Origin: a virus
Taxonomy: Duplodnaviria > Heunggongvirae > Uroviricota > Caudoviricetes
Reading direction: 5' to 3' (one strand)
Virus record (IMG/VR): IMGVR_UViG_2695420705_000025
DNA: 37,564 bases
The position numbers and the translations under genes were made by a program. The notes beneath the pieces were generated by a model. The model did not search any database. It saw only the letters and a program-made list of their open reading frames with translations, and was not told where the DNA came from. Of this stretch, positions 18,348-30,134 are shown one piece after another (within the stretch, counting starts at the first letter, position 1; every line of letters begins with the position of its first letter).

Positions 18348-19261
18348 TTGTCACCCCGGCATCCATTAAAGCCCTGATGACCTCCTGGCGTAAGGATTTT
18401 CAGGGCGGTCTTGAAGACGCCCCGTCGCAGTACAGCAAAATTGCAATGGTGGTGAACTCTTCCACCCGCAGTAATACCTATGGCTGGCTGGGTAAATTCC
18501 CGACCCTGAAAGAATGGGTGGGTAAGCGAACCATTCAGCAAATGGAAGCGCATGGCTACTCCATCGCCAATAAAACGTTTGAAGGCACCGTGGGTATTTC
18601 CCGTGATGACTTCGAGGATGACAATCTGGGTATTTATGCGCCGATTTTTCAGGAGATGGGCCGTTCTGCGGCAGTTCAGCCGGATGAGCTGATTTTTAAA
18701 CTTCTGAAAGATGGCTTTACCCAGCCCTGCTATGACGGTCAGAACTTCTTCGACAAGGAGCATCCGGTATATCCGAATGTGGACGGCACGGGCAGCGCGG
18801 TTAATACCTCCAACATCGTTGAGCAGGACAGCTTCAGCGGTCTGCCATTCTATCTGCTGGACTGCTCCCGCGCAGTCAAACCGCTGATTTTCCAGGAGCG
18901 CCGCAAACCGGAACTGGTCGCACGTACCCGTATCGATGACGACCACGTTTTTATGGATAACGAGTTCCTGTTTGGTGCCAGCGCCCGCCGTGCTGCCGGT
19001 TACGGCTTCTGGCAGATGGCTGTCGCGGTAAAAGGCGATCTGACGCTGGATAACCTCTGGAAGGGCTGGCAACTGATGCGATCTTTTGAAGGTGATGGCG
19101 GTAAGAAGCTGGGCCTGAAGCCGACGCATATCGTTGTACCGGTCGGGCTGGAAAAAGCCGCAGAGCAACTGCTTAACCGTGAACTGTTCGCGGATGGCAA
19201 TACCACCGTCTCCAACGAGATGAAGGGCAAGCTGCAACTGGTTGTCGCTGACTACCTGTAA
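18344..19261 (+). CDS. T: Major capsid protein
   Basis: 305 aa, MIVTPASIKALMTSWRKDFQGGLEDAPSQYSKIAMVVN...; recognised as Mu T. Confidence 0.9.
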   Translation: MIVTPASIKALMTSWRKDFQGGLEDAPSQYSKIAMVVNSSTRSNTYGWLGKFPTLKEWVGKRTIQQMEAHGYSIANKTFEGTVGISRDDFEDDNLGIYAPIFQEMGRSAAVQPDELIFKLLKDGFTQPCYDGQNFFDKEHPVYPNVDGTGSAVNTSNIVEQDSFSGLPFYLLDCSRAVKPLIFQERRKPELVARTRIDDDHVFMDNEFLFGASARRAAGYGFWQMAVAVKGDLTLDNLWKGWQLMRSFEGDGGKKLGLKPTHIVVPVGLEKAAEQLLNRELFADGNTTVSNEMKGKLQLVVADYL

Positions 19262-19267
19262 CCGTCA

Positions 19268-19295
19268 TTAAAAGGCGGTTCAGACCGCCTTTTAA
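19268..19295 (+). terminator. Rho-independent terminator after the capsid gene
   Basis: AAAGGCGGT-TCAGA-ACCGCCTTT hairpin followed by TAACC, directly after the T stop. Confidence 0.7.
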
Positions 19296-19327
19296 CCTGA
19301 TTTAAAGGAAAAGGAGGAGCATGTGTT

Positions 19328-19738
19328 ATGTCAGGCACTTCGCTTAATTCACAATGGCTGGACACTTCTCGCATCACTTGCACGGCGATTATTAAATGCC
19401 TTCGTCCGGTCTACCGCCGCGCCGGAATCGCCTTTACACGTGGCGAAAACACCGTGGAAGTCACCGAAGAACAACTGGCGATCATTCGTGCCGACAGCGT
19501 GCTGTCTGTGGTATCTGCATCGTCAGCAGAAACGCTCGCTGAGGCTGGGGGGCTGGACGTTCTGGGTGTGGGCGATCTGAACGCCCGTATCCGTGCGACC
19601 GTTGCCGGTCTGGATAAGGCAAACCCGGAACACTTTACCGCAGGAGGAGAACCCAAAGTGAAAGCCCTCAGTGCGGCGCTGGGGGAACCGGTAAGCAGCG
19701 CGCAAATCAAAGCGGCGCTGGCTGAGGCGGATGCATGA
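19328..19738 (+). CDS. Head-associated small protein (136 aa)
   Basis: ORF with AAGGAGGAG SD downstream of the capsid terminator. Confidence 0.6.
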   Translation: MSGTSLNSQWLDTSRITCTAIIKCLRPVYRRAGIAFTRGENTVEVTEEQLAIIRADSVLSVVSASSAETLAEAGGLDVLGVGDLNARIRATVAGLDKANPEHFTAGGEPKVKALSAALGEPVSSAQIKAALAEADA

Positions 19739-20160
19739 ATTACGCGACGGTAAATGACCTGTGCGCCCGCTATACACGTACGCGGCTGGATATTCTCACC
19801 CGCCCTAAAACAGCGGACGGGCAGCCGGATGATGCCGTGGCAGAACAGGCACTGGCAGATGCTTCGGCCTTTATTGATGGCTATCTCGCCGCGCGCTTTG
19901 TTCTGCCGCTTACCGTCGTCCCCTCACTGCTGAAACGGCAGTGTTGCGTGGTGGCCTGGTTTTATCTGAATGAATCACAACCCACCGAGCAGATCACCGC
20001 TGCCTACAGGGACACAGTGCGCTGGCTGGAACAGGTGCGCGATGGCAAAACAGATCCCGGCGTGGAAAGCAGGACGGCAGCCTCGCCGGATGGTGAAAAC
20101 CTTGTGCAGGTGCAGTCTGACGCGCCGGTCTTCTCACGAAAACAGAAGGGGTTTATCTGA
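19735..20160 (+). CDS. Head completion / head-tail connector protein (141 aa)
   Basis: ORF overlapping its upstream neighbour (ATGA); position in the neck module. The Mu letter name (J) is uncertain. Confidence 0.6.
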   Translation: MNYATVNDLCARYTRTRLDILTRPKTADGQPDDAVAEQALADASAFIDGYLAARFVLPLTVVPSLLKRQCCVVAWFYLNESQPTEQITAAYRDTVRWLEQVRDGKTDPGVESRTAASPDGENLVQVQSDAPVFSRKQKGFI

Positions 20161-20708
20161 TGCTGGAAGAAACCGAAGCCGCACTGCTGGCGCGCGTTCG
20201 TGAGTTGTTTGGGGCAACCCTGCGGCAGGTGGAACCCCTTACCGGCACATGGACTAACGAGGATGTGCACCGTCTCTTTCTGGCCCCTCCATCGGTATTT
20301 CTGGCATGGATGGGCTGTGGTGAGGGGCGTACGCGTCGGGAAGTTGAAAGTCGCTGGGCATTTTTTGTCGTGGCGGAGTTGCTGAACGGGGAACCGGTAA
20401 ACCGGCCCGGTATTTATCAGATTGTGGAGCGACTGATTGCCGGTGTTAACGGTCAGACGTTTGGCCCGACCACCGGGATGAGACTGACGCAGGTCAGAAA
20501 TCTTTGTGACGACAACCGTATTAATGCCGGTGTGGTGCTTTACGGCGTTCTGTTCAGTGGCACTACCCCGCTGCCGTCCGTGGTGGACATGGATTCGCTG
20601 GATGATTACGAGCGTCACTGGCAGACCTGGAAATTCCCGGACGAAACCCCGGAATTTGCCGCACATATCAATGTGAATCAGGAAAAGGATCATGATGCTG
20701 AAAATTAA
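20160..20708 (+). CDS. Neck / tail completion protein (182 aa)
   Basis: ORF with start overlapping the upstream stop; position between head and sheath genes. The Mu letter name (K) is uncertain. Confidence 0.6.
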   Translation: MLEETEAALLARVRELFGATLRQVEPLTGTWTNEDVHRLFLAPPSVFLAWMGCGEGRTRREVESRWAFFVVAELLNGEPVNRPGIYQIVERLIAGVNGQTFGPTTGMRLTQVRNLCDDNRINAGVVLYGVLFSGTTPLPSVVDMDSLDDYERHWQTWKFPDETPEFAAHINVNQEKDHDAEN

Positions 20709-20898
20709 ACCCGCAGCGGGAAAAGCCATCCGTGACCCGCTCACGATGAAATTACTGGCTCCGGAGGGAGAAGAAAAGCCCCGTAACAGTTTCTGGATAC
20801 GTCGCCTTGCAGCCGGTGATGTGGTTGAAGTCGGGAGCACCGAAAACACGGCGGATGATACCGACGCTGCGCCGAAAAAACGGAGTAAATCGAAATGA
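20692..20898 (+). CDS. Small hypothetical late protein (68 aa)
   Basis: Short ORF overlapping both neighbours, immediately upstream of the sheath gene. Confidence 0.45.
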   Translation: MMLKIKPAAGKAIRDPLTMKLLAPEGEEKPRNSFWIRRLAAGDVVEVGSTENTADDTDAAPKKRSKSK

Positions 20899-22382
20899 GC
20901 GATATTTCATTTAACGCGATCCCGTCAGATGTTCGCGTTCCTCTGACGTATATCGAATTTGATAACAGCAATGCCGTCAGCGGAACACCGGCTCCCCGCC
21001 AGCGCGTGCTGATGTTCGGGCAAAGCGGAAGTAAAGCCAGTGCCGCACCGAACGTGCCTGTCCGTATCCGTTCCGGCTCACAGGCCAGTGCGGCGTTTGG
21101 TCAGGGTTCCATGCTGGCACTGATGGCAGATGCATTCCTGAACGCTAACCGCGTGGCGGAGCTGTGGTGTATCCCGCAGGGAAACGGCACCGGTAATGCT
21201 GCTGTCGGTGAAATCTCACTGTCAGGAACGGCAGGCGAAAACGGCTCGCTTGTGACCTATATTGCCGGTCAGCGACTGGCGGTATCCGTCGCAGCAGGTA
21301 CAAAAGGGGCTGCGCTGGCTGACCTGCTGGTTGCCCGAATCAAAGGCCAGCCGGATTTACCGGTGACGGCAGAAGTTCGCGCAGACAGCGGAGATGATGA
21401 CACCTATGCAGATGTGGTTCTGAGTGCAAAATTTACGGGTGCATTATCTGCCGTGGATGTGCGCTGGAACTATTACGCGGGTGAAACCACCCCTTACGGG
21501 ATTATCACGGCATTCAAAGCCGCCTCCGGTAAAAATGGCAACCCGGATATCAGCGCAAGTATCGCGGGAATGGGCGATCTGCAATACAAATATATTGTGA
21601 TGCCCTATACCGATGAACCGAACCTGAATCTGTTACGCACTGAATTGCAGGAACGCTGGGGACCGGTCAATCAGGCTGATGGCTTTGCTGTGACAGTGCT
21701 GTCCGGCACGTATGGGGATATTTCCACGTTTGGTGTCAGTCGTAATGATCATCTGATCTCCTGTATGGGGATTGCCGGTGCACCGGAACCGTCATATCTG
21801 TACGCCGCCACACTGTGTGCCGTTGCCAGCCAGGCGCTTTCCATCGACCCGGCGCGTCCTCTCCAGACGCTGACGTTGCCCGGAAGAATGCCGCCTGCGG
21901 TGGGGGATCGTTTCACCTGGTCAGAACGTAATGCGCTGCTGTTTGACGGCATCTCCACGTTTAACGTGAATGATGGTGGTGAAATGCAGATTGAACGCAT
22001 GATCACGATGTACCGCACAAACAAGTACGGTGACAGTGATCCGTCTTATCTGAACGTGAATACCATCGCCACGCTGAGTTATCTGCGTTATTCACTGCGA
22101 ACCCGCATCACGCAGAAATTCCCGAACTACAAGCTGGCAAGTGATGGCACCCGCTTTGCCACCGGTCAGGCCGTGGTGACGCCATCCGTGATCAAAACGG
22201 AGCTGCTGGCACTGTTTGAAGAATGGGAAAACGCCGGACTGGTCGAGGATTTCGACACGTTCAAAGAGGAGCTGTATGTGGCACGTAACAAGGACGACAA
22301 AGACCGTCTTGATGTGCTTTGCGGCCCGAATCTGATTAACCAGTTCCGCATTTTCGCGGCACAAGTTCAGTTCATTCTGTAA
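20895..22382 (+). CDS. L: Contractile tail sheath protein
   Basis: 495 aa, [26 protein letters not shown]...; recognised as Mu L. Confidence 0.88.
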   Translation: MSDISFNAIPSDVRVPLTYIEFDNSNAVSGTPAPRQRVLMFGQSGSKASAAPNVPVRIRSGSQASAAFGQGSMLALMADAFLNANRVAELWCIPQGNGTGNAAVGEISLSGTAGENGSLVTYIAGQRLAVSVAAGTKGAALADLLVARIKGQPDLPVTAEVRADSGDDDTYADVVLSAKFTGALSAVDVRWNYYAGETTPYGIITAFKAASGKNGNPDISASIAGMGDLQYKYIVMPYTDEPNLNLLRTELQERWGPVNQADGFAVTVLSGTYGDISTFGVSRNDHLISCMGIAGAPEPSYLYAATLCAVASQALSIDPARPLQTLTLPGRMPPAVGDRFTWSERNALLFDGISTFNVNDGGEMQIERMITMYRTNKYGDSDPSYLNVNTIATLSYLRYSLRTRITQKFPNYKLASDGTRFATGQAVVTPSVIKTELLALFEEWENAGLVEDFDTFKEELYVARNKDDKDRLDVLCGPNLINQFRIFAAQVQFIL

Positions 22383-22391
22383 GGAGCATTT

Positions 22392-22748
22392 ATGGCTGGA
22401 AATCAGCGTCAGGGGGTGGCGTTCATCCGTGTCAATGGCATGGAGCTTGAAACGATGGAAGGTGCCTCCTTCACGCCTTCCGGTATCACCCGTGAAGAAG
22501 TGACCGGCTCGCGGGTTTATGGCTGGAAAGGTAAACCACGTGCCGCAAAGCTGGAATGCAAAATTCCGGGCGGTGGTGATATCGGTCTGGATGAAATCAT
22601 CGGCTGGGAAAACATCACGGCAGAGTTTCAGGCAGACACCGGTGAAACCTGGATGATGGCGAATGCCTGGCAGGCAGATGAACCGAAAAACGACGGCGGC
22701 GAAATTTCGCTGGTACTGATGGCAAAACAAAGCAAACGCATTGCATAA
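22392..22748 (+). CDS. M: Tail tube protein
   Basis: 118 aa immediately after the sheath gene with an AAGGAG SD; canonical sheath-tube order. Confidence 0.8.
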   Translation: MAGNQRQGVAFIRVNGMELETMEGASFTPSGITREEVTGSRVYGWKGKPRAAKLECKIPGGGDIGLDEIIGWENITAEFQADTGETWMMANAWQADEPKNDGGEISLVLMAKQSKRIA

Positions 22749-22757
22749 GGGGAAACA

Positions 22758-23192
22758 ATGGACGAAATGAATTTAGGTCCTGAAGCACAGGAACTGCATG
22801 ACAGCATTGTGGCAGAAATTCAGTCCGGCGTGCTGAAACTGAAAGACGGCCTGCCGTTCGGCACCGGTGACGAGACTGAAATGCAGTATGACGTGACGCT
22901 GCGTGAACTGACCGCAGGCGATCTGATTGATGCCCAGGCGGCTGCTGAAAAGCTGGTAATGAGCAAGGAAGGCCCGGTGCTGGTCAGTTCCCCGTCCCGG
23001 ATGGGACTGGAAATGCTGCGCCGACAGATTGCCAGCGTGGGTTGCATCAAAGGCCCGTTATCGCTGGCGCTGATGCGCAAGCTGTCTGTTGATGACTTCC
23101 AGCGTCTGTCGCTGGCTACAGAAATGTACGACATGGCTGTGGCGGCATCGCTGACACAAGAACGGGGGCGAGTGGCTGCGGTGCCGGAATGA
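22758..23192 (+). CDS. Tail assembly chaperone-like protein (gp41 position)
   Basis: 144 aa between the tube and tape measure genes, the usual chaperone position in myoviruses. Confidence 0.6.
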   Translation: MDEMNLGPEAQELHDSIVAEIQSGVLKLKDGLPFGTGDETEMQYDVTLRELTAGDLIDAQAAAEKLVMSKEGPVLVSSPSRMGLEMLRRQIASVGCIKGPLSLALMRKLSVDDFQRLSLATEMYDMAVAASLTQERGRVAAVPE

Positions 23193-23336
23193 TATTGAGA
23201 AAGCGGCGACAGCGATTGGCGTTATTCTGAAAAGTGGCCCGGAATGGGCCTTATCCCTCCCGCTGTCCCGCTTTTTCCGGCACTGCCAGCAGGCTAAAAC
23301 CCTCTCTCAATATCACCGTTAAATCAGGAAATCTCT

Positions 23337-25412
23337 ATGACCGGGAAACGCTTAAAGGCGTCTGTCATTATTGATCTTAATGGCAATCTTTCCCGGCGTT
23401 CCCGCCAGTATTCGAACCAGATAAACGCCCTGTCCCGTAGCGGACAAAGTTCCCTTCGTGCCCTGCGTATGGAGGTTGTGCGCGTTTCTGGTGCCATTGA
23501 CAGAATGGGTTCACTGTCAACCCGTACATTCCGAATGCTGTCAGCCGGGGCGCTGGGTATCGCTGGTGTGGGTTACACCGCCAATAAACTGTTTATTGGT
23601 GCAGCCGCCCAGCGTGAGCAGCAAATTATCGCCATGAACTCGCTGTATCACGGCGATAAGGTCAGAGCGCAGGCCATGATGGCCTGGGCAAAGCAGAACG
23701 CGAAGGACACCACGTGGGGGCTGAGTGGTGTTCTGGATGAGATCCGTTCGTCGAAAGGCTTCGGCATGACGGATGAACAGACGAAACAGTTCATCACCAT
23801 GTTGCAGGATCAGGGGGCCATGCACGGCTGGGATTTACCCACTGCACAGGGTGCCTCACTGCAACTGAAACAGATGTTTGCCCGCCAGCAAATCACGGCG
23901 GCGGATGCCAACCTGCTGACCGGTTACGGTATTAACGTTTACCAGACGCTGGCGGATGCACTGGGTAAAGAAGACGTTAAGGATATCCGCAAACAAGGTG
24001 AAAAAGGCAAGCTGGGTCTGAAATCCATTCTGACGGTATTCAGAACGCTGTCAGAACAGTCAAAAGGTGCACAGGCCAGTGCGATGAACTCCTGGGACGG
24101 GATGTTCGCCCAGATGGAAGCTAACCTGCTTGAATTTCGCATAAAGGTGGCAAACAGCGGCCCCTTTGAAGAAATCAAGAACGAGATGCGCCGGGTGCTT
24201 AACTGGCACGACATGGCGGATAAATCCGGGGAACTTGACGCACTGGCAGAAAACATTGGTCAGAAATTTCTGACCACGTTCAGAACGGTAAAAATCGCGG
24301 CGCAGGAATTATGGCGCTGGCTGAAACCGGGTAAAGATGCGCTGGCATGGGTTGACCAGAATATTGTCAGCCTGAAAAAACTGGCTGCTGTTCTGGTGTC
24401 TGTCTGGCTTGCCAATAAAGCCCTGAGAGCAGGCTGGGCCGTGGCAAAACCCTCATGGCAGGTTGCCAGTTATCCGTTTAAAACCGGGCGTCGTATGTGG
24501 CGCTGGATGCGAAACCGCAAACGTGGGCAGGCAGGTCTGCCGGTCCCGGATGCCATGACGTCTGAGACGCTGTTGCAGGGTATCGGCATTCAGCGTGTGT
24601 TTGTCATCAACTGGCCCCGTGGATTTGGTGGCTACGGGAGTGGCGGCGGTCGTCGCGGACGGAGCGGCGGAAGAATGGCCCCGCTGTTACCCCGCCAGCC
24701 GTTATTGCTGTCCGGGCCACAGCCGCTGGCATTACCTGCACCACGCCCTGTACTGGCATTACCCCCACCCGGCGTACCGGTAACAGCACGGCCTGCACCA
24801 TTACCTTTACCCGGTAAATCCGGTCTTCTGAGCAGGCTTGCAGGCAGTGCTGCCGGGCAACTGGTTACGGGAACGGTCGGAAAGCTGGCTGATGCCGGGC
24901 GTGCTGTTGGCGGGTGGTTTTCCGGTATCGGAAACAAACTTGCAGGCAGTGCGATCGGTCGGGTTGTGACAAAAGGTGCCGGGGCGCTGGGCTGGATGGG
25001 GAAAGGTGCCGGTCGTGTGTTGTCACGTCTGGGTGGCCCAGTAATGGGGGCACTCCAGCTTGCCCCCGTCCTGATGGATGAGCAGGCGTCAACCCATGAA
25101 AAAGCAGGCGCAATTGGCAGTACAGCCGGTGCATGGCTCGGCGGTGCCGTTGGCAGCCTTGCCGGACCGCTGGGTACGGTTGCCGGTGCCACGCTGGGCA
25201 GTGTCGCCGGGGAGTATCTGGGCGGTTTTGTAACCGACCTGTATCAGAAATGGACGGCCCCGGATAAGGAACCGCAGGAACAAAAAGTGAATGCGGAAGC
25301 CTCGCTGCGCGTCGAACTTGCCGAGGGGTTACGTCTGACCAGTTCCCGCGTCACCGAGGACGGTATGGGGCTGAATATTTACGCGGGCGATAACTACATT
25401 ACAGGCTGGTAA
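23337..25412 (+). CDS. Tail tape measure protein
   Basis: 691 aa, the largest tail ORF, with a Gly/Arg/Pro-rich low-complexity core and a Gly-rich C-terminal segment ([13 protein letters not shown]..., [20 protein letters not shown]). Confidence 0.8.
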   Translation: MTGKRLKASVIIDLNGNLSRRSRQYSNQINALSRSGQSSLRALRMEVVRVSGAIDRMGSLSTRTFRMLSAGALGIAGVGYTANKLFIGAAAQREQQIIAMNSLYHGDKVRAQAMMAWAKQNAKDTTWGLSGVLDEIRSSKGFGMTDEQTKQFITMLQDQGAMHGWDLPTAQGASLQLKQMFARQQITAADANLLTGYGINVYQTLADALGKEDVKDIRKQGEKGKLGLKSILTVFRTLSEQSKGAQASAMNSWDGMFAQMEANLLEFRIKVANSGPFEEIKNEMRRVLNWHDMADKSGELDALAENIGQKFLTTFRTVKIAAQELWRWLKPGKDALAWVDQNIVSLKKLAAVLVSVWLANKALRAGWAVAKPSWQVASYPFKTGRRMWRWMRNRKRGQAGLPVPDAMTSETLLQGIGIQRVFVINWPRGFGGYGSGGGRRGRSGGRMAPLLPRQPLLLSGPQPLALPAPRPVLALPPPGVPVTARPAPLPLPGKSGLLSRLAGSAAGQLVTGTVGKLADAGRAVGGWFSGIGNKLAGSAIGRVVTKGAGALGWMGKGAGRVLSRLGGPVMGALQLAPVLMDEQASTHEKAGAIGSTAGAWLGGAVGSLAGPLGTVAGATLGSVAGEYLGGFVTDLYQKWTAPDKEPQEQKVNAEASLRVELAEGLRLTSSRVTEDGMGLNIYAGDNYITGW

Positions 25413-25416
25413 AACC

Positions 25417-26904
25417 ATGTTTGAAGATGCTTTAAATGCCGTTAATGCTGTCCGGGATAAAATCAGCGGTGGTAAGAAAACAACCGGCAAAGGCACGTTT
25501 CGTAACGTGCCGTTTCTCGTCATCGAGGAGCAAAAACAGGCTGGCGGACGTCGCCTGGTTAAACGCGAGTACCCGTTACGTGATACCGGCGGCGTCAATG
25601 ACCTGGGGAAAAAGCTTCGCTCCCGTACATTCAGCGCCTGCATTCTGAACAGCAACGCAGAAACAGCCAGAGATGAAGCGGGTGCGCTGATGGATGCTCT
25701 TGATGCTCCGGGTAGCGGTGAGCTGGTACATCCTGATTTCGGCACTGTGGACGTCATGGTGGATTCATGGGAATGCCGCACTAAAGCGGATGAACTGAAT
25801 TATTACGCGTTCACCGTTACCGTTTATCCGTCGTTGCAGGATACTGCCCCGGACTCAGAGACAGACACCAGTGCAGCCGTACCGGCACAGGCCGTTGCTG
25901 TAACCGGTTCTCTGGGAGATACGCTGTCCTCTGTCTGGCAGACCGTAAAAGATGGCACTGCGGCGGCAACCGCCGTGATGGAAGCTGTAACCGGTGTCAT
26001 CGATGATATCAGTGATGCGGTGGACAATCTGGGGGTTACGCAGACTGTCAGCGGTCTGATGGGATCGCTTTCTGCGATGAAAGGCTCTGTGACCAGCCTG
26101 ATTAACCAGCCTGCCATGCTGGCCTCCTCGCTGATGGGGGCGCTGTCCGGCGTTTCATCGTTATGCGATACCCGGACAGCATTTTCCACATGGAACCGTC
26201 TGGCGCAGCGATTCGAACGTCGCCATGCCGCCACCGCAGGCAGACAGGGGACAATCACAACCTCGTACAACAGTCCGGTTGCAGAAAAAAATATTGCCAC
26301 ACTGAACTACGTCATGCTGGCAGCAGCACAGACATACCGGGCGGAGGCAGCAAGCCAGGCACTGACTGCGGCACTGGATTTCAGTCGCCGGATGGATAAT
26401 GCCGCCCGTGCACCTGTACTGGATGCCCCGTCCACCACAACCGGCACAGCCAGCGGGGCCAGCAGCACATCCGCTACCGTCACACAGGGACAGTTACAGT
26501 TAACTGCCATAACCCCGGACGGCGGCTTTTCACAGGTATCCTTTTCAGACAGTGGTACAGCCACGCCCCCGGTATTTGAAAGTGTGTCCGATATCGGAAA
26601 AACAGCCGCCATGCTGGGGGCAGCGCTGGATACCGTCATTCTGACGGCATCTGAGCAGGGCTTTTCGACAGACAGCGTTCAGCTTACGCAACTGCGTCTG
26701 CTGGTTGTTGCCGACCTGGAAAAACGCGGGCTGCAACTGGCAGGCAGTGAAACGCACCGCCTGCCGGAGACGATGCCTGCAATGGTGGCTCTGTACCGTT
26801 ACACAGGAAACAGCCGGAACTGGCAACGGCTGGCCCGCAGGAACGGTATCAGCAACCCGTTGTTTGTTCCCGGTGGTGTCAGTATTGAGGTGATTAATGA
26901 GTAA
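25417..26904 (+). CDS. N: N protein, DNA circularization protein
   Basis: 495 aa in the Mu N position downstream of the tape measure. Confidence 0.75.
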   Translation: MFEDALNAVNAVRDKISGGKKTTGKGTFRNVPFLVIEEQKQAGGRRLVKREYPLRDTGGVNDLGKKLRSRTFSACILNSNAETARDEAGALMDALDAPGSGELVHPDFGTVDVMVDSWECRTKADELNYYAFTVTVYPSLQDTAPDSETDTSAAVPAQAVAVTGSLGDTLSSVWQTVKDGTAAATAVMEAVTGVIDDISDAVDNLGVTQTVSGLMGSLSAMKGSVTSLINQPAMLASSLMGALSGVSSLCDTRTAFSTWNRLAQRFERRHAATAGRQGTITTSYNSPVAEKNIATLNYVMLAAAQTYRAEAASQALTAALDFSRRMDNAARAPVLDAPSTTTGTASGASSTSATVTQGQLQLTAITPDGGFSQVSFSDSGTATPPVFESVSDIGKTAAMLGAALDTVILTASEQGFSTDSVQLTQLRLLVVADLEKRGLQLAGSETHRLPETMPAMVALYRYTGNSRNWQRLARRNGISNPLFVPGGVSIEVINE

Positions 26905-28036
26905 TACCGTCACGCTGCGAACGGATGGCAGGCTTTTTACCGGCTGGACGTCAGTCTCTGTCACCCGCTCCATTGAATCCGTAGCCGGATATTTTGAGCT
27001 GGGGGTGAATGTGCCACCGGGTACAGATTTATCCGGGCTGGCACCGGGGAAGGCGTTCACGCTGGAAATCGACGGGCAGATTGTCTGCACCGGTTATATC
27101 GATTCGCGGCGACGCCAGATGACCGCTGACAGCATGAAAATCACTATCGCCGGACGTGACAAAACGGCTGACCTGATTGACTGTGCTGCCGTTTACAGTG
27201 GCGGACAGTGGAAAAACCGCACACTGGAGCAGATTGCGCGTGACCTGTGCGCTCCTTATGGCGTTACCGTTCGCTGGGAGCTTTCCGATAAGGAAAGTTC
27301 GGCAGCTTTTCCCGGCTTCACGCTGGACCATTCAGAAACCGTTTATGAGGCGCTGGTGCGTGCCTCCCGCGCACGCGGTGTACTGATGACCAGCAATGCC
27401 GCAGGAGAGCTGGTATTCAGCCGGGCTGCCAGCACAGCCACTGATGAGCTGGTTCTCGGAGAAAATCTGCTGACACTGGATTTTGAGGAAGACTTCCGCG
27501 ACCGGTTCAGCGAATACACCGTCAAGGGGTATGCCCGCGCAAACGGTGCTGAGGGTGATGATATTGATGCGAAAAGTATCGTCTCCCGGAAAGGGACCGC
27601 CACTGACAGTGATGTAACCCGTTACAGACCGATGATCATCATTGCTGACAGCAAAATTACGGCGAAGGATGCACAGGCCCGCGCCCTGCGTGAGCAACGC
27701 CGCAGACTGGCAAAATCCATCACCTTTGAGGCTGAAATTGACGGATGGACTCGCAAGGACGGGCAACTCTGGATGCCGAACCTGCTGGTCACTATTGATG
27801 CCTCGAAATATGCCATCAAAACCACGGAATTACTGGTCAGCAAAGTCACCCTGATACTGAATGACCAGGACGGGCTGAAAACCCGCGTCAGCCTTGCACC
27901 ACGCGAAGGCTTTCTGGTGCCGGTTGAAAGCGACCGTAAAAACAGGAAAGGCGGCGACAGTAACGGCGGTATTGATGCGCTGGTTGAAGATTATTATCGC
28001 AGACACCCGGAGAAAACGCCGCCGTGGAAAGAGTAA
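26897..28036 (+). CDS. P: Baseplate hub / tail protein P
   Basis: 379 aa; position and size match Mu P. Confidence 0.75.
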   Translation: MSNTVTLRTDGRLFTGWTSVSVTRSIESVAGYFELGVNVPPGTDLSGLAPGKAFTLEIDGQIVCTGYIDSRRRQMTADSMKITIAGRDKTADLIDCAAVYSGGQWKNRTLEQIARDLCAPYGVTVRWELSDKESSAAFPGFTLDHSETVYEALVRASRARGVLMTSNAAGELVFSRAASTATDELVLGENLLTLDFEEDFRDRFSEYTVKGYARANGAEGDDIDAKSIVSRKGTATDSDVTRYRPMIIIADSKITAKDAQARALREQRRRLAKSITFEAEIDGWTRKDGQLWMPNLLVTIDASKYAIKTTELLVSKVTLILNDQDGLKTRVSLAPREGFLVPVESDRKNRKGGDSNGGIDALVEDYYRRHPEKTPPWKE

Positions 28037-28617
28037 ATGATTTCGCCCTGAACCGCCTGCTGACGCCGCTGATGCGTCGTGTGCGCCTGATGCTTGCGCG
28101 CGCTGTTGTTAACGTGATTAACGACGGGCGAAAGGTTCAGAACCTGCAGGTCGGCCTGCTGGATGATGAGGAATCTGATGAAGTGGAGCGCCTGCAAAAT
28201 TACGGGCATTTCAGCGTTCCCCTGCCGGGAGCAGAGGCGCTGATTGCCTGTGTAGGCGCACAACGTGATCAGGGGATTGCCGTTGTGGTGGAAGACCGCC
28301 GCTACCGCCCGACAAATCTTGAACCGGGTGATGCAGGCATTTACCACCACGAGGGGCATCGTATCAGGCTGACAAAGGACGGACGCTGCATCATTACCTG
28401 TAAAACGGTTGAGGTTTACGCTGATGAAAGTATGACCGTTGACACACCCAGAACCACGTTTACCGGCGACGTTGAGATCCAGAAAGGTCTGGGCGTTAAA
28501 GGTAAAAGCCAGTTCGACAGCAATATTACTGCCCCGGATGCCATCATCAATGGCAAATCGACGGATAAGCATATCCACCGTGGCGACAGCGGCGGAACCA
28601 CGGGGCCAATGCAATGA
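28024..28617 (+). CDS. Baseplate central spike protein (gp45-like)
   Basis: 197 aa from a GTG start at 28024 overlapping the P 3' end; position and size match Mu gp45. Confidence 0.7.
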   Translation: MERVNDFALNRLLTPLMRRVRLMLARAVVNVINDGRKVQNLQVGLLDDEESDEVERLQNYGHFSVPLPGAEALIACVGAQRDQGIAVVVEDRRYRPTNLEPGDAGIYHHEGHRIRLTKDGRCIITCKTVEVYADESMTVDTPRTTFTGDVEIQKGLGVKGKSQFDSNITAPDAIINGKSTDKHIHRGDSGGTTGPMQ

Positions 28618-29051
28618 CCGATTTAGCCATTATCTGGACGAACGGACGCGGCGATATTGCACAGGATGGCATTGATATGCTGACCGACGACAGCCTGACA
28701 ACCGATGTGACAATCTCCCTGTTTACAGACCGGCGCGCGCTGGATTCTGACACGCTGCCGGATGGTTCAGATGATCGCCGTGGATGGTGGGGTGACAGTT
28801 ACCGCGACCGCCCCATCGGTTCGCGGTTGTGGCTGTTATCACGTGAAAAAGCCACACCGGATACGCTGGAACGCGCCAGAGGGTATGCCGAAGAGGCGCT
28901 GGAATGGCTGAAAACAGCGGGCCGGGTAAGTGCGATTAACGTCAGAGCGGAACAGTTACATCAGGGCTGGTTATACCTCTACATTGCACTGACATTACCG
29001 GATGGTTCCGTTATTCCTTATGAGTTTAAAGCAGCATTTAACGGGGTTTAA
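28614..29051 (+). CDS. Baseplate wedge protein (gp46-like)
   Basis: 145 aa, ATGA overlap with upstream gene; position in the baseplate module. Confidence 0.7.
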   Translation: MTDLAIIWTNGRGDIAQDGIDMLTDDSLTTDVTISLFTDRRALDSDTLPDGSDDRRGWWGDSYRDRPIGSRLWLLSREKATPDTLERARGYAEEALEWLKTAGRVSAINVRAEQLHQGWLYLYIALTLPDGSVIPYEFKAAFNGV

Positions 29052-30134
29052 ATGGCTTATTCACCACCGACATTATCATCGCTGATTGCCCGTACAGAAC
29101 AGAATATTGAACAGCGCCTGCCGGGTAGCTGGCCTCAGGCCCGTGAAAAAACGCTGAGTGCCATTGCTTATGCTCAGGCGGGCCTTGCTGCCGGTTGTCA
29201 CGAGCATATTTCATGGGTTGGACGGCAGATTATCCCGTCGACAGCAGATGAAGATGAGTTGCTGGAGCACTGCCGGTTCTGGGGCGTGCGCCGCAAACAG
29301 GCGACAGCCGCCAGCGGCCCGCTGACTGTCACCACATCGGCAGCGACCACCATTCCTGCCGGTACACGCTGGCAGCGTGCTGATGGTGTGGTTTACAGCC
29401 TGGCTGATGCCATTGTGATTGACCGTGCAGGAACGACGGAAATTACCGTTACCGCACTGGCTGCCGGTGAAGCAGGAAATACCGGTGAGAATACCCTTTT
29501 AACGTTGATCACCCCGGTTGCCTGTGTTGTTTCCGATGCCATCACTGTAAAAGGGTTTTCCGGTGGGGCTGATATTGAGAGTGCAGCGGAGCTGCTGTCA
29601 CGGCTGGAATATCGTGTCCAGTATCCTCCGTTCGGCGGTAATCAGTTTGATTATGTTCGCTGGGCGCGTGAAGTCAGCGGCGTTACCCGTGCCTGGTGTT
29701 TTCCGACATGGAAAGGCGGTGGCACAGTCGGGGTGACGTTTGTTATGGATAACCGGAGCAATATTTTTCCACAACCGGCAGACGTGGAACGCGTGGCGGA
29801 TTATATCGCCGGTCATACTGACCCGATCACCGGTCTGATTGTCGGACAGCCTGACGGTGTAAATGTCACTGTATTTGCGCCAAAGGCAAAGCCGGTAAAT
29901 CCACGGATTTATATATCACCGAAGACAGCCGAACTGAAACAGGCTATTACCCACGCCATTAATACCATGTTTTTTAATGAGGTGACGCCGGGCGGCGCAC
30001 TTGCCCCCTCCCGTATTATCCGTGCGGTGGCAGGTGTTACCGGTCTGGATGATTTTGAAGTGCGTTTCCCGACAGAGATCCAGCGTTCGGAGAATACGGA
30101 ACTGTTAACACCGGGGACAATTGAATGGCTGTAA
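29052..30134 (+). CDS. Baseplate J-like protein (gp47-like)
   Basis: 360 aa; position and size match the baseplate J family member of Mu. Confidence 0.75.
   Translation: MAYSPPTLSSLIARTEQNIEQRLPGSWPQAREKTLSAIAYAQAGLAAGCHEHISWVGRQIIPSTADEDELLEHCRFWGVRRKQATAASGPLTVTTSAATTIPAGTRWQRADGVVYSLADAIVIDRAGTTEITVTALAAGEAGNTGENTLLTLITPVACVVSDAITVKGFSGGADIESAAELLSRLEYRVQYPPFGGNQFDYVRWAREVSGVTRAWCFPTWKGGGTVGVTFVMDNRSNIFPQPADVERVADYIAGHTDPITGLIVGQPDGVNVTVFAPKAKPVNPRIYISPKTAELKQAITHAINTMFFNEVTPGGALAPSRIIRAVAGVTGLDDFEVRFPTEIQRSENTELLTPGTIEWL

Noticed and set aside
18140-19237. 365-aa minus-strand ORF
   Set aside because: Lies entirely antisense to the well-supported I and T genes; no RBS context and an Arg/His/Cys-rich composition typical of a shadow frame of a GC-rich coding region.
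20004-20849. 281-aa minus-strand ORF
   Set aside because: Antisense to the neck genes; Arg/Pro/Ser-rich composition typical of non-coding frames.
24632-25192. 186-aa Pro-rich minus-strand ORF
   Set aside because: Antisense to the Gly-rich region of the tape measure gene; the Pro-rich translation is the complement artefact of Gly codons.
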